A stretch of 36,854 nt of DNA from an uncultured Victivallales bacterium (GTDB lineage: Bacteria > Verrucomicrobiota > Lentisphaeria > Victivallales > UBA1829). The position numbers and the translations under genes were made by a program. The stretch is from the NCBI GenBank assembly GCA_964483055.1, contig CAZAAM010000002.1, positions 1 through 36,854 of the forward strand, read 5' to 3'. The notes below the pieces were generated by a model. The model was not told the origin of the DNA. It worked only from the letters and a program-made list of their open reading frames with translations, and did no database searches. Each line of letters opens with the position of its first letter. Within the stretch, counting starts at the first letter, position 1. Shown here piece after piece: positions 1 to 7,800 of the stretch.

Positions 1-10
1 ACTTTTTCAT
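1..10 (-). CDS. 5' end (3 codons, MKK...) of an unidentified gene that continues leftwards out of the window
   Basis: The reverse complement of 1-30 reads atccaacAGGAGAatgcatcATGAAAAAGt. An AGGAGA Shine-Dalgarno lies 7 nt before the ATG at 10. Too short to identify. Confidence 0.25.
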
Positions 11-60
11 GATGCATTCTCCTGTTGGATTGTACTGTTTTTTTGAGGCGGGATTCAGGT

Positions 61-90
61 TGTAATGATTCCATTTCTGTAATCATTACA
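61..90. promoter_or_regulatory. Candidate Fur-family (Zur/PerR-type) operator: nested inverted repeats built from TGTAAT half-sites
   Basis: TGTAATGATT (61-70) and AATCATTACA (81-90) are perfect 10-bp inverted repeats. 78-90 TGTAATcATTACA is itself a 6-1-6 palindrome. Its core GTAATnATTAC resembles the 7-1-7 boxes of Fur-family repressors. It lies 50-80 nt upstream of the minus-strand ATG at 10 and just downstream of the oxygen-detox operon. Confidence 0.35.
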
Positions 91-213
91 GATAAATTAG
101 CATGAAAAAGCCGTTTGTCAAACGAATTTTCGTCTTTTTTTCCGCTTTTTTGCGTCTTTTTTCAAAACGCCTGCGGAAGAACGCCGGAAAATGCTTCGTT
201 CAACAAACGGAAG

Positions 214-229
214 CGCGCCAAACGGCGCG
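214..229 (-). terminator. Possible intrinsic terminator of the dfx-fprA-rubredoxin operon
   Basis: CGCGCC-aaac-GGCGCG hairpin 9 nt after the rubredoxin stop. On the minus strand it is followed by cttccgtttgtt, a T-rich but interrupted tract. Confidence 0.3.
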
Positions 230-238
230 AAATGCGGC

Positions 239-397
239 TTACTCCTGCGGAGAGAAGTCGCTCTTGGTCACGCCGCAGACGGGACAGACCCAGCTGTCGG
301 GAATGTCTTCCCACTTGGTTCCGGGGGCGATGCCGTTGTCTGGATCGCCGTTTGCGGGATCATAAACATAGCCGCAGACGTTGCATACGTACTTCAT
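239..397 (-). CDS. rub: Rubredoxin (52 aa; not in the ORF track because it is under 60 aa)
   Basis: Hand translation gives [52 protein letters not shown]. It has the two CxxC pairs and the conserved rubredoxin core. GGAAAGGAAAG lies upstream of the ATG at 397 and the TAA stop is at 241-239. Confidence 0.9.
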   Translation of the reverse strand: MKYVCNVCGYVYDPANGDPDNGIAPGTKWEDIPDSWVCPVCGVTKSDFSPQE

Positions 398-447
398 GGT
401 GTTCTTTCCTTTCCGTTATTGTTGCTGAGGTTCGGAGCGATCGTCAT

Positions 448-1647
448 TCACTTGCCCGCGCGTTCGAGCAGAATCTTTCCGATCGACTGTCCGAGCTCAA
501 AGCATTTTTGCAGGTCGTCCGCTTTCGGGACATACTTGACGCGAAGTCCGTCGGAAACGAGCTCAGCGCCCATGTCCTTCAAGTAGCCGTTGATTTTTGC
601 GACCGCCTCGCCGCTCCATCCGAAGGAGCCGAAGGCGGCGCCGATCTTGTTCTTCGGACGCAGTCCGCGCAGATAGGTCAGCGCGTCGGCGGTCCGCGGG
701 AACATGTCGTTGTTGATGGTCGGAGATCCGACGACGAGCGCCGAGGCCGACATCAGTTCCGTGACGACGTCGCTGCGGGGATGTCCGTCGAGATTCATGA
801 CGCGGACGCCCGCGCCAGTCGAACGGACGCCGTCGGCGATCGCGTTCGCCATGACTTCCGTGCTGTGCCACATCGTGTCGTAGATGATGAGCGCGTTAGG
901 CTGGAACGGCTGTTCGGCGAACTTCTTGTACTGTTCAAGCGGCCAAGTCAGGAGATCGCCGCGCCAAAGCGGCCCGTGGTCCGGAGCGATGACCGAGACA
1001 TCGAGTCCGAGAGACGGGAACGCCTCCAGGAGCTTCAAGGCCTGCGGCGAGTACGGCAGCAGGATGTTCGCATAGTAGCGCGTCGCTTCTTCCAAAAGAA
1101 CGGCGGGATCGTTTTCTTCCGCGAAAAGCTTCGCAGTCGCGAGATGCATGCCGAATCCATCTTGCGAAAACAGGATTTTTTCGCCGCTCAGATACGTGAA
1201 CATGCTGTCCGGCCAGTGCAGCATGCGCGTTTCCACGAAGGAAAGCGTGTTTTCTCCAAGGCTTACGGACTCGCCGCTTTTGACGGGCGTGATCTTCGAA
1301 CCGATTCCGAAGTGGGCGTCGAGCGCGGACTTGCCCAACGCGGACGCATAGACGGTCTCCGGCTGAATCGCTTCAATCGCTTGAACAAGCGATCCGGAAT
1401 GATCCATTTCAGCGTGATTCGAAACGATGACATCGATCTTCGAGGGATCGACGACCGATGCGATTCGTTGCATCATTTCCTGAAAATATGGAGCTTTGAC
1501 GGTGTCGATCAGGGCGATCTTTTCGTCTATGACGAGGAAGGCGTTGTACGTCGTGCCCCGGTGCGTCGTGTATCCGTGGAATTCCTTCAGCGCCCAGTCG
1601 ATCGCGCCAACCCACCAGACTTTCTCCGTGACTTTGACAGCTTGCAT
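448..1647 (-). CDS. fprA: Flavodiiron protein (rubredoxin:oxygen/NO oxidoreductase, FprA/ROO type), 399 aa
   Basis: The N-terminal metallo-beta-lactamase-like diiron domain carries H-x-E-x-D-H (SNHAEMDHSG). The C-terminal part is a flavodoxin-like domain (ALIIYDTMWHSTE...VVGSPTINN). The ATG at 1647 (MQAVKVTEKVWWVG) is preceded by AGGAGA overlapping the dfx stop. The 112 upstream codons of track ORF 448..1983 are Arg-rich read-through. Confidence 0.9.
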   Translation of the reverse strand: MQAVKVTEKVWWVGAIDWALKEFHGYTTHRGTTYNAFLVIDEKIALIDTVKAPYFQEMMQRIASVVDPSKIDVIVSNHAEMDHSGSLVQAIEAIQPETVYASALGKSALDAHFGIGSKITPVKSGESVSLGENTLSFVETRMLHWPDSMFTYLSGEKILFSQDGFGMHLATAKLFAEENDPAVLLEEATRYYANILLPYSPQALKLLEAFPSLGLDVSVIAPDHGPLWRGDLLTWPLEQYKKFAEQPFQPNALIIYDTMWHSTEVMANAIADGVRSTGAGVRVMNLDGHPRSDVVTELMSASALVVGSPTINNDMFPRTADALTYLRGLRPKNKIGAAFGSFGWSGEAVAKINGYLKDMGAELVSDGLRVKYVPKADDLQKCFELGQSIGKILLERAGK

Positions 1648-1661
1648 TCTATCTTGTTCTC

Positions 1662-2060
1662 CTATTCTATCTTCGCGGTCCAAAGACCATGTATGTTGCA
1701 GTACTCGCGCAGAATCATTCCAGGCTGCAGGCGCAGATGGAACGTCGCCTCCGGCGCGTCTCCGGGCTTGAGATATTTCCTCGCTGCGCAGTCGCCGCAA
1801 AGAACTTCGATCCACTCGATGTAATGTTCCGGCGTCATTGGATGCGGAATGCTTCCGATGCGAACCTTCATGCCTTCGCCGGACGTGGCGGCTTGCGCCA
1901 CAGGGATGTGCTTTTCGACGGCGCCGTCGGTCGATTGAGGCTCCAGCTTTCGCAACGGCTTCCCGCAGCAAGACGGCGCGCACCCCTTTTCACAGTCATG
2001 GAGCGTCTCCAAGACCATGCCGCACTCGTCGCACTTCCAGATTGCATTTTCCTTGTGCAT
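1662..2060 (-). CDS. dfx: Desulfoferrodoxin (2Fe superoxide reductase), 132 aa
   Basis: Starts MHKENAIWKCDECGMVLE. The N-terminal desulforedoxin-type centre has CxxC...CC. The centre II ligands are present (EKHIPV, HPMTPEHYIEW, CNIHG). The ATG at 2060 is preceded by AAGGAGGAGA. Confidence 0.9.
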   Translation of the reverse strand: MHKENAIWKCDECGMVLETLHDCEKGCAPSCCGKPLRKLEPQSTDGAVEKHIPVAQAATSGEGMKVRIGSIPHPMTPEHYIEWIEVLCGDCAARKYLKPGDAPEATFHLRLQPGMILREYCNIHGLWTAKIE

Positions 2061-2121
2061 GTTTTCTCCTCCTTGATTTTTCTTTGCGTCCGACGTGACG
2101 GACACGCCTTTCGCGGGAAAG

Positions 2122-2150
2122 ACTATACATCCCGTTTTCTGAAAAGTCAA
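2122..2150 (-). promoter_or_regulatory. Sigma70-type promoter of the dfx-fprA-rub operon
   Basis: The minus strand reads TTGACT-17 nt-TATAGT (plus-strand agtcaa 2145-2150, actata 2122-2127), about 60 nt upstream of the dfx ATG. The spacer contains the 11-bp palindrome TTTTCtGAAAA (2135-2145). Confidence 0.6.
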
Positions 2151-2217
2151 GGGCGCATTGACCGGTTCTTTTCATCCCGGCAGGCGGCGCATTCGGAGAG
2201 GAGGAGGCAGGGACGTG

Positions 2218-3972
2218 TCATTGCGGAGGGATGGAGCGGAGCTTTTCCTGAATCGCGTTTGCGTCCGGAGAGTCTTCATCCTCCGGCGCATCCAGGGCGC
2301 GCTTCCAGAAGTCATGCGCGGCGGCATGGTCTCCTGCGGCGAAAAAGATGTCGCCGGCGTGAACGAGAATCGTGCGTTCGGGTTCTTTGCACGCTTCAAG
2401 GCTCTTCATAATCCATTTCTTTGCTTCCTCGTGACGCTTGAGCTTGAATGCGGCCCATGCCATGCTGTCCAGAATCGCACTGTTGTTTGGCGTAAGCTCG
2501 TTCGCTCGTCGGATCAATTCCGCGCCTTCGGCAATCTTGTAGTTGCGATCGACGAACGTGTAGCCGAGGAAGTTCAGCAGTTCCGCGTCTTTCGGATGCC
2601 GTTGCAGGAAGGGGGCGAGCACCGATTCCACGAAGGCAGGATCTCCGGTCTTTTCCCCGACAATAGCGCAGAAAAGCACGAGCGGACGAGAATTCCAGTT
2701 GACGTCCTTGCGTTCCCTCAGCGCGTCGACGCGCTTGCGCGCGCCGGCGACATCCTTCTCCTGAAACAGGCAGAAGGCATGCAAATAGAGAGTCTCCGGC
2801 GTTTCCGGCAAGGATTCCACGACGGGCAAAGCCTCCTTGAAGCGGCTTTGATCGATGAGGATTGAAAGCAGTCGGAAGCGATATTTCGTATTTTGAGGTT
2901 CCAGCGCGATGAGATCGCGATAAACGCCTTCCGCACGCGCGGCGTTTCCGGCCTGCTCCAAGGTCTCGGCATAGAAGACAAGGAGCTTTTCGGACGGCTC
3001 GTTGATGATCTTGAGCAGACGTTCGCAAAGCTGTTCCGACTCGGCATGACGTTTGGAGATGTTGCAGACGACCGCGAGCATGAAAAGAGCCTCGGCATCG
3101 TCCGGCGCGTCGTTCAGACGCGCGCGCAAGGCCGCTTCCACTTCCTCCTTGCGTCCAAGCTCGTCGTAGATCAGCGTGAACGGCTCAAGAAACGAGATGT
3201 CGCCCGAGCTTTTTTCACGATCAAGCAGATTCGCCAGACAGTGGCGGACGGCGGCGTCCAGTTCCGCGCGCGCCTCCACCGTGCGGCACGGAATCGGAAA
3301 CAGCGCGGACGCCGGGTAGACGGACTCCGCGGTGCGGGATTCCTGAATCAAAGAGATGAGGATCGCGTTCCAGACGGACGGGGAGTTGCGGAAGCGCGGC
3401 GATGCGGCAAGCTCCCGGCGCACTTCGACGAATTCCGGGCTCTTCATCTCCATCAAACAGCCGAGATACTTCCAGGCGCAGACTTCCGCGGCGCGAGAAT
3501 CGTCTTCAATGCCATCTCGCACCGTGCGATAAGCGGCGCGCAAAAACGGCAACGCTTCCGGAAAGTTCTTTCGCTTGATAAGGATAAGTTCGGCGGCGGA
3601 GAGATTAAGCATCGTCGCGTCCGGATTCTCTCGCGCCGCCTCGGCGATGCGCAGCAAACGCTCCTGAGTCTTGTCCGGCGTGGAAAGGTTGACCGCATCC
3701 GAAGCCAGCGCTACGATGCCGCGCTGATGAGGATGGCGTTCGACAAGATCGAAAATTCGTTCCGCCTTTTCATCGGTGAATTCGCCGCCGAGCAAATCGC
3801 GATCGAAAAGTTCGATCACATCGGTCATCAGGTCGTATTCTTCCTTGTACTGACCGATGGGCTCCAGCGGCTCGATGCGAAAATCCGTCGCATCTTCAGC
3901 GTTTCCCGCAAGGAGGGACAACGAGAAAAAAAAGACCGCCGCCCACTTGAAATTTGGTTCGAATGCATTCAT
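2218..3972 (-). CDS. Secreted tetratricopeptide-repeat (TPR) protein, 584 aa
   Basis: Signal-peptide-like N-terminus (MNAFEPNFKWAAVFFFSLSLLAGNAED). The rest is helical-repeat sequence with TPR-like A/Y/L periodicity. ATG at 3972, TGA at 2220-2218. Confidence 0.8.
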   Translation of the reverse strand: MNAFEPNFKWAAVFFFSLSLLAGNAEDATDFRIEPLEPIGQYKEEYDLMTDVIELFDRDLLGGEFTDEKAERIFDLVERHPHQRGIVALASDAVNLSTPDKTQERLLRIAEAARENPDATMLNLSAAELILIKRKNFPEALPFLRAAYRTVRDGIEDDSRAAEVCAWKYLGCLMEMKSPEFVEVRRELAASPRFRNSPSVWNAILISLIQESRTAESVYPASALFPIPCRTVEARAELDAAVRHCLANLLDREKSSGDISFLEPFTLIYDELGRKEEVEAALRARLNDAPDDAEALFMLAVVCNISKRHAESEQLCERLLKIINEPSEKLLVFYAETLEQAGNAARAEGVYRDLIALEPQNTKYRFRLLSILIDQSRFKEALPVVESLPETPETLYLHAFCLFQEKDVAGARKRVDALRERKDVNWNSRPLVLFCAIVGEKTGDPAFVESVLAPFLQRHPKDAELLNFLGYTFVDRNYKIAEGAELIRRANELTPNNSAILDSMAWAAFKLKRHEEAKKWIMKSLEACKEPERTILVHAGDIFFAAGDHAAAHDFWKRALDAPEDEDSPDANAIQEKLRSIPPQ

Positions 3973-4020
3973 ATGAAACGAATTCCCTTGCGTGAAGACG
4001 GCGATGATGCGACGGATTCT

Positions 4021-4044
4021 TTCGGCGAATCAAGATTCGCCGAA
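4021..4044. repeat. Perfect 11-bp-arm inverted repeat (hairpin) between the bS22-like ORF and the TPR gene
   Basis: TTCGGCGAATC-aa-GATTCGCCGAA. No U-tract follows on either strand, so its function (processing site, attenuator or protein-binding site) is open. Confidence 0.4.
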
Positions 4045-4069
4045 TGGAACGAACAAGCGGTTCGAGCGC

Positions 4070-4159
4070 TTATTTGTTCTTATGACGCTGCGCCTTGAGC
4101 ATTTTCTTGCGCTTGTGCTGCGCAATTTTGCGGCGGCGTTTCTTCCTGAGATTGCCCAT
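4070..4159 (-). CDS. 29-aa highly basic micro-protein resembling ribosomal protein bS22 (AURKAIP1/COX24-like)
   Basis: Hand translation gives MGNLRKKRRRKIAQHKRKKMLKAQRHKNK*. It follows the same MG-x3-KKRR-x-K...HKRKK-L...R pattern as mycobacterial bS22 as I recall it ([25 protein letters not shown]...). ATG at 4159, TAA at 4072-4070. It has its own promoter-like element upstream. Confidence 0.55.
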   Translation of the reverse strand: MGNLRKKRRRKIAQHKRKKMLKAQRHKNK

Positions 4160-4221
4160 GATTGCAAAGCCCTTGTTTGATTTGAATATGTTCTTGTTCT
4201 TATGAGGAAAACTTGATATTT

Positions 4222-4249
4222 AATATAGCGCCCCTTTTCTTTTTCGCAA
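4222..4249 (-). promoter_or_regulatory. Putative promoter for the bS22-like ORF
   Basis: The minus strand reads TTGCGA-16 nt-TATATT in an AT-rich island, about 60 nt upstream of the ATG at 4159. Confidence 0.35.
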
Positions 4250-4271
4250 ATGAAAAAACACGCATTTTCAT

Positions 4272-4823
4272 TCATTTTTCCGCGGATGCCAGAAGCCACA
4301 TGTGAATTTTCGCGTCCACATGGTCTCCGGCGGCATTCACGCGCGCTAGAAAATCCGCAAGCTCCTCCGGGGCGACCAGAAAGGTCTCGATCTGCTCTGA
4401 ATCGTCGAATTCGGTCCGCAATTCATGCTGCTTCGCGGAATCAACCGTCATCTTGACGATATGGATGTATTCGGAGGAAAGGCCGGGCGAGGTGTAGAGC
4501 GGCGGAGAAACGCTTTCTATTTCGCCAATGTATCCTGTCTCCTCGCGAAGCTCGCGCATGGCAGTCTCTTCGGGCGTTTCTCCCGGGTTGACGAGCCCGG
4601 CAGGAAATTCGTACACCCAGCCGCCCGTCGGGGGGCGGAACTGACGGATCAGAATCAGCTTGTTTTCCGGACGAAGGATTGGAACCATCATGACGGCGCC
4701 CTTGGAATTGATTCTGGAGCAGACCTCCCAGGTGCGTTCGTCTCCTTGGGGGCCGATCCATCGCAGGGCGTCAAGCGCGAGCCAGTTTCCCCGCGCCAGA
4801 GATTGTTTCGAGAGAATTTTCAT
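4272..4823 (-). CDS. NUDIX hydrolase (ADP-ribose pyrophosphatase-like), 183 aa
   Basis: Nudix box GLVNPGETPEETAMRELREETGY. The ATG at 4823 overlaps the iorA TGA (ATGA at 4823-4820). The upstream part of track ORF 4272..5027 is read-through. Confidence 0.85.
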   Translation of the reverse strand: MKILSKQSLARGNWLALDALRWIGPQGDERTWEVCSRINSKGAVMMVPILRPENKLILIRQFRPPTGGWVYEFPAGLVNPGETPEETAMRELREETGYIGEIESVSPPLYTSPGLSSEYIHIVKMTVDSAKQHELRTEFDDSEQIETFLVAPEELADFLARVNAAGDHVDAKIHMWLLASAEK

Positions 4824-6595
4824 GACGTGATTCTTTCTATCGCATGAAATTTGCAGACCGATTCGCAGAGAGAGCATCCGGCGCACGCCAGCGATTCGAT
4901 TTGCGGCTTCCCGTCTTGAACGGAGATCGCCGGACAGCCGATCCGCAGACACGCCTTGCAATTCCGACAGCGATCCTTTGCGATCCGGCGAATCGGAGAA
5001 AGCCGCCGTTTCAAGTGAAGCGGACACGGCGCGCGCGAAACGACAAGCGACGGTTCCGGAGCTTCAAGCTCTTCCGCAAGAATTCGATGGATCGTTTCCT
5101 GATCGAACGGATCGCAGGCGGCGATCCGGCGGATTCCGCAGGCGCGTGCGACGGCTTCGATGGAGGCGGCGGGCGCAGGCTGTCCGGAAATGGTGCGTCC
5201 TGTTCCGGGATGATCCTGATGCCCGGTCATCGCAGTGATGGAATTGTCCAGCACGATGTAGACGGCGTCGCTTCCATTGTAGGCCGCGTTCAGAAGGCCT
5301 GTGATTCCGGAGTGGAAGAACGTGGAATCGCCAAGCAGGCCGACGACCTTCTTGCGTTCTCCCGCCTTGCGCATGCCGTGCGCCATAGTGAAGCCGGCGC
5401 CCATGCAGAGCAGCGCGTCCGTGCGTTCCAGCGGCGGGAAGACGCCGAGACTGTAGCAGCCGATGTCGCCTGTCACGAGGACGTCGAACTTCGTCAGCGC
5501 GTAGAACAGCGCGCGATGAGGACAGCCAGGACAGAAGACCGGAGGACGCGACGGAAGATCCGCCGCCTGAGGAACCGGTTTCGGCAATTCATCGTGCCGA
5601 CCGAGCAGACGGTTGCGAACGCCGACGAGAACCGAAGGCGTAAGTTCGCCGCATCGGGGAACGACGTCCTTTCCGGAACAGGCGATTCCAAGCGACTTGA
5701 CGCGCTCCTCAAGAATCGGATCGCCTTCTTCAATGACGGCGATGCGATCGACGCTTTCAGCGAAGCGCTTGATCAAGGCGTCCGGAAACGGCCACGGCCA
5801 GCCCAGCTTCAGAATCGTCGCTTCCGGAAAAATCTCCCGGCAGTGCAACGCGGCGATTCCGCAGGAAACGATGCCAAGATCGCGTCCTCCCGGAAGGATG
5901 CGGTTCAATGCTTTGTCTTCCGACGCAGCTTCCGACTGGCGGTCGAGCCGTTCCTCCGCCTTGACGCGCAGCTTGCGCCCCCAAAGCGGCAGCGGCACGA
6001 AGCGCGACGGATTCTTTTGAAAGTTCGCAGTCTGCTTCGGAGCGCGAGGCGTCGAAGCGACGAGCGCGCGGGAATGCGCCACGCAGGTCGTCGTGCGGAG
6101 AATGACCGGACAGCCGTACTTTTCCGAGAGTTCAAAGGCGCGCAAGGCGAAGTCATGCGCTTCCGCGGCGTCGGCCGGATCGAGCAACGGAACCTTTGCG
6201 AGGCGTGCGAAATGACGAGTGTCCTGCTCCGTCTGCGACGAATGCTGTCCCGGATCGTCCGCAACGACAAGCACGAGTCCTCCGACGACGCCGATGTACG
6301 AAAGCGTCATCAGCGGATCGGCGGCGACATTCAATCCGACGAGCTTCATCGTCACGAGCGAGCGAGCGCCGGCAATGGATGCCCCTGCGGCCGCTTCCAG
6401 CGCGACCTTTTCGTTCGGGCTCCATTCGCAATAGACGTCCTCATAACGGACGAGGCTTTCCAGAATCTCCGTGGACGGGGTGCCTGGATATCCGAATGCG
6501 ACGGAGACGCCGGCTTCCCATGCCGCGCGCGCGATCGCTTCGTTTCCAGTCAGAAGCTCTTGATGTGCCATGACGGAGCGGCCTTTCCTGCTCAT
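4820..6595 (-). CDS. iorA: Indolepyruvate:ferredoxin oxidoreductase, alpha subunit
   Basis: The N-terminus (ELLTGNEAIARAAWEAGVSVAFGYPGTPSTEI) is typical of IorA. A TPP-binding region is present. The C-terminus has two 4Fe-4S motifs (CRNCKACLRIGCP, CAGCSLCESVC). The ATG at 6595 overlaps the aminotransferase stop (ATGA). The alternative start is the ATG at 6571 (MAHQELL). Confidence 0.9.
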   Translation of the reverse strand: MSRKGRSVMAHQELLTGNEAIARAAWEAGVSVAFGYPGTPSTEILESLVRYEDVYCEWSPNEKVALEAAAGASIAGARSLVTMKLVGLNVAADPLMTLSYIGVVGGLVLVVADDPGQHSSQTEQDTRHFARLAKVPLLDPADAAEAHDFALRAFELSEKYGCPVILRTTTCVAHSRALVASTPRAPKQTANFQKNPSRFVPLPLWGRKLRVKAEERLDRQSEAASEDKALNRILPGGRDLGIVSCGIAALHCREIFPEATILKLGWPWPFPDALIKRFAESVDRIAVIEEGDPILEERVKSLGIACSGKDVVPRCGELTPSVLVGVRNRLLGRHDELPKPVPQAADLPSRPPVFCPGCPHRALFYALTKFDVLVTGDIGCYSLGVFPPLERTDALLCMGAGFTMAHGMRKAGERKKVVGLLGDSTFFHSGITGLLNAAYNGSDAVYIVLDNSITAMTGHQDHPGTGRTISGQPAPAASIEAVARACGIRRIAACDPFDQETIHRILAEELEAPEPSLVVSRAPCPLHLKRRLSPIRRIAKDRCRNCKACLRIGCPAISVQDGKPQIESLACAGCSLCESVCKFHAIERITS

Positions 6596-7788
6596 GCGCC
6601 TTTGGCGGCCTGCACGGCGCGCTGGAAGGAGGCGGCGGAATTGATGATGGTCTTGTCATCCACGCAGAAGGCGATCCGGACGTATCCGGGCATGCCGAAA
6701 CCGCGTCCGGGAACGGCGAGCACGCGCTCGTTCAGAAGCAGCCTTACGAATTCGACGTCATTGGGAATCGGGGACTTCGGGAAGAAGTAGAACGCGCCTT
6801 CCGGAAGATGGAAGGAGATTCCGGCATCCTTAAGCACGCGCGCCATCTTGTCGCGACGCGCGCGATAGATTTCCGGGTCGACCTGAGCATGAATGCAACG
6901 AGTCAGAATGCGCTGTCCCAGCGTCGGCGCATTGACGAATCCGAGAATGCGATTGGTCATGACGACCGCGGCGATGAATTCCTCAGCGTCCGGGAAGGCC
7001 GGACCGACAGAGACATAGCCGACGCGTTCGCCCGCGAGGCAGAGGTTCTTTGAGAAGGAACCGATGATCACGGAATGATCGTAGATCGGAAGAACGGACG
7101 GGATCTCCGCACCGGAGAAATTGAGGAAACGGTACGGCTCATCGGCGATGAGCAGAATGGGACGCCCGTTCTTCGAGCTCTGCTTCTCCAGCATGGCGGC
7201 GAGACTGACGAGTTCCACTTTCGAATAGATGCGACCGGTAGGATTGTTCGGCGAATTGACGATGACGGCGCGCGTCTTTTCGCTCAACGCCTGCCCGAAC
7301 GCTTCGATATCGAGCGAAAAGTCGTCCGGATGAGACGGAATCGCTTTGAGCTTTGCTCCGTAGTTGGCTGCATAGAATCCGTATTCGACGAAGTAGGGAG
7401 CCGGGACAAGCACTTCGTCGCCGGGCTGGAGAATCGCGCGGAAGACGGCGTTGATGCCGCCGGCAGCGCCGACGGTGACGACCACGCGGGAGCCGGAAAC
7501 GACGATGCCTTGTTCTTCGGTGACCTTGGCGGCGATGGCGTTGCGCGTTTCGGCGAAGCCGGCGTTCGGCATATAGCCGAGCGAGAAGGGCGCGGCGCAT
7601 TCATCGGCGATTTCGTGCAGCGCGGCCTTCACTTCCGGCGGAGGCGGCAGATCCGGATTGCCGAGACTGAAGTCGTAAACATTGGATTCCCCATATTTCT
7701 TCTTCAGCTCGATTCCGGCCTCGAACATTTTCCGGATCCAGGAGGAGTTCTCCATGTATCCCTTGATTTCTTCGGAAACAATGCTCAT
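6592..7788 (-). CDS. Class I/II PLP-dependent aminotransferase (aspartate/aromatic type), 398 aa
   Basis: SFSKNLCLAGERVGY PLP-lysine motif and NPDLPPP / NSPNNPTG motifs. GGAGA lies 6 nt upstream of the ATG at 7788. Confidence 0.9.
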   Translation of the reverse strand: MSIVSEEIKGYMENSSWIRKMFEAGIELKKKYGESNVYDFSLGNPDLPPPPEVKAALHEIADECAAPFSLGYMPNAGFAETRNAIAAKVTEEQGIVVSGSRVVVTVGAAGGINAVFRAILQPGDEVLVPAPYFVEYGFYAANYGAKLKAIPSHPDDFSLDIEAFGQALSEKTRAVIVNSPNNPTGRIYSKVELVSLAAMLEKQSSKNGRPILLIADEPYRFLNFSGAEIPSVLPIYDHSVIIGSFSKNLCLAGERVGYVSVGPAFPDAEEFIAAVVMTNRILGFVNAPTLGQRILTRCIHAQVDPEIYRARRDKMARVLKDAGISFHLPEGAFYFFPKSPIPNDVEFVRLLLNERVLAVPGRGFGMPGYVRIAFCVDDKTIINSAASFQRAVQAAKGA

Positions 7789-7800
7789 GATTCGGTCTCC

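Noticed and set aside
115-1824. 569-aa plus-strand ORF (plus 102..365 and 191..586)
   Set aside because: It is antisense to rubredoxin, fprA and dfx. It is Arg/Ser-rich with low complexity. This is a typical shadow ORF of GC-rich DNA.
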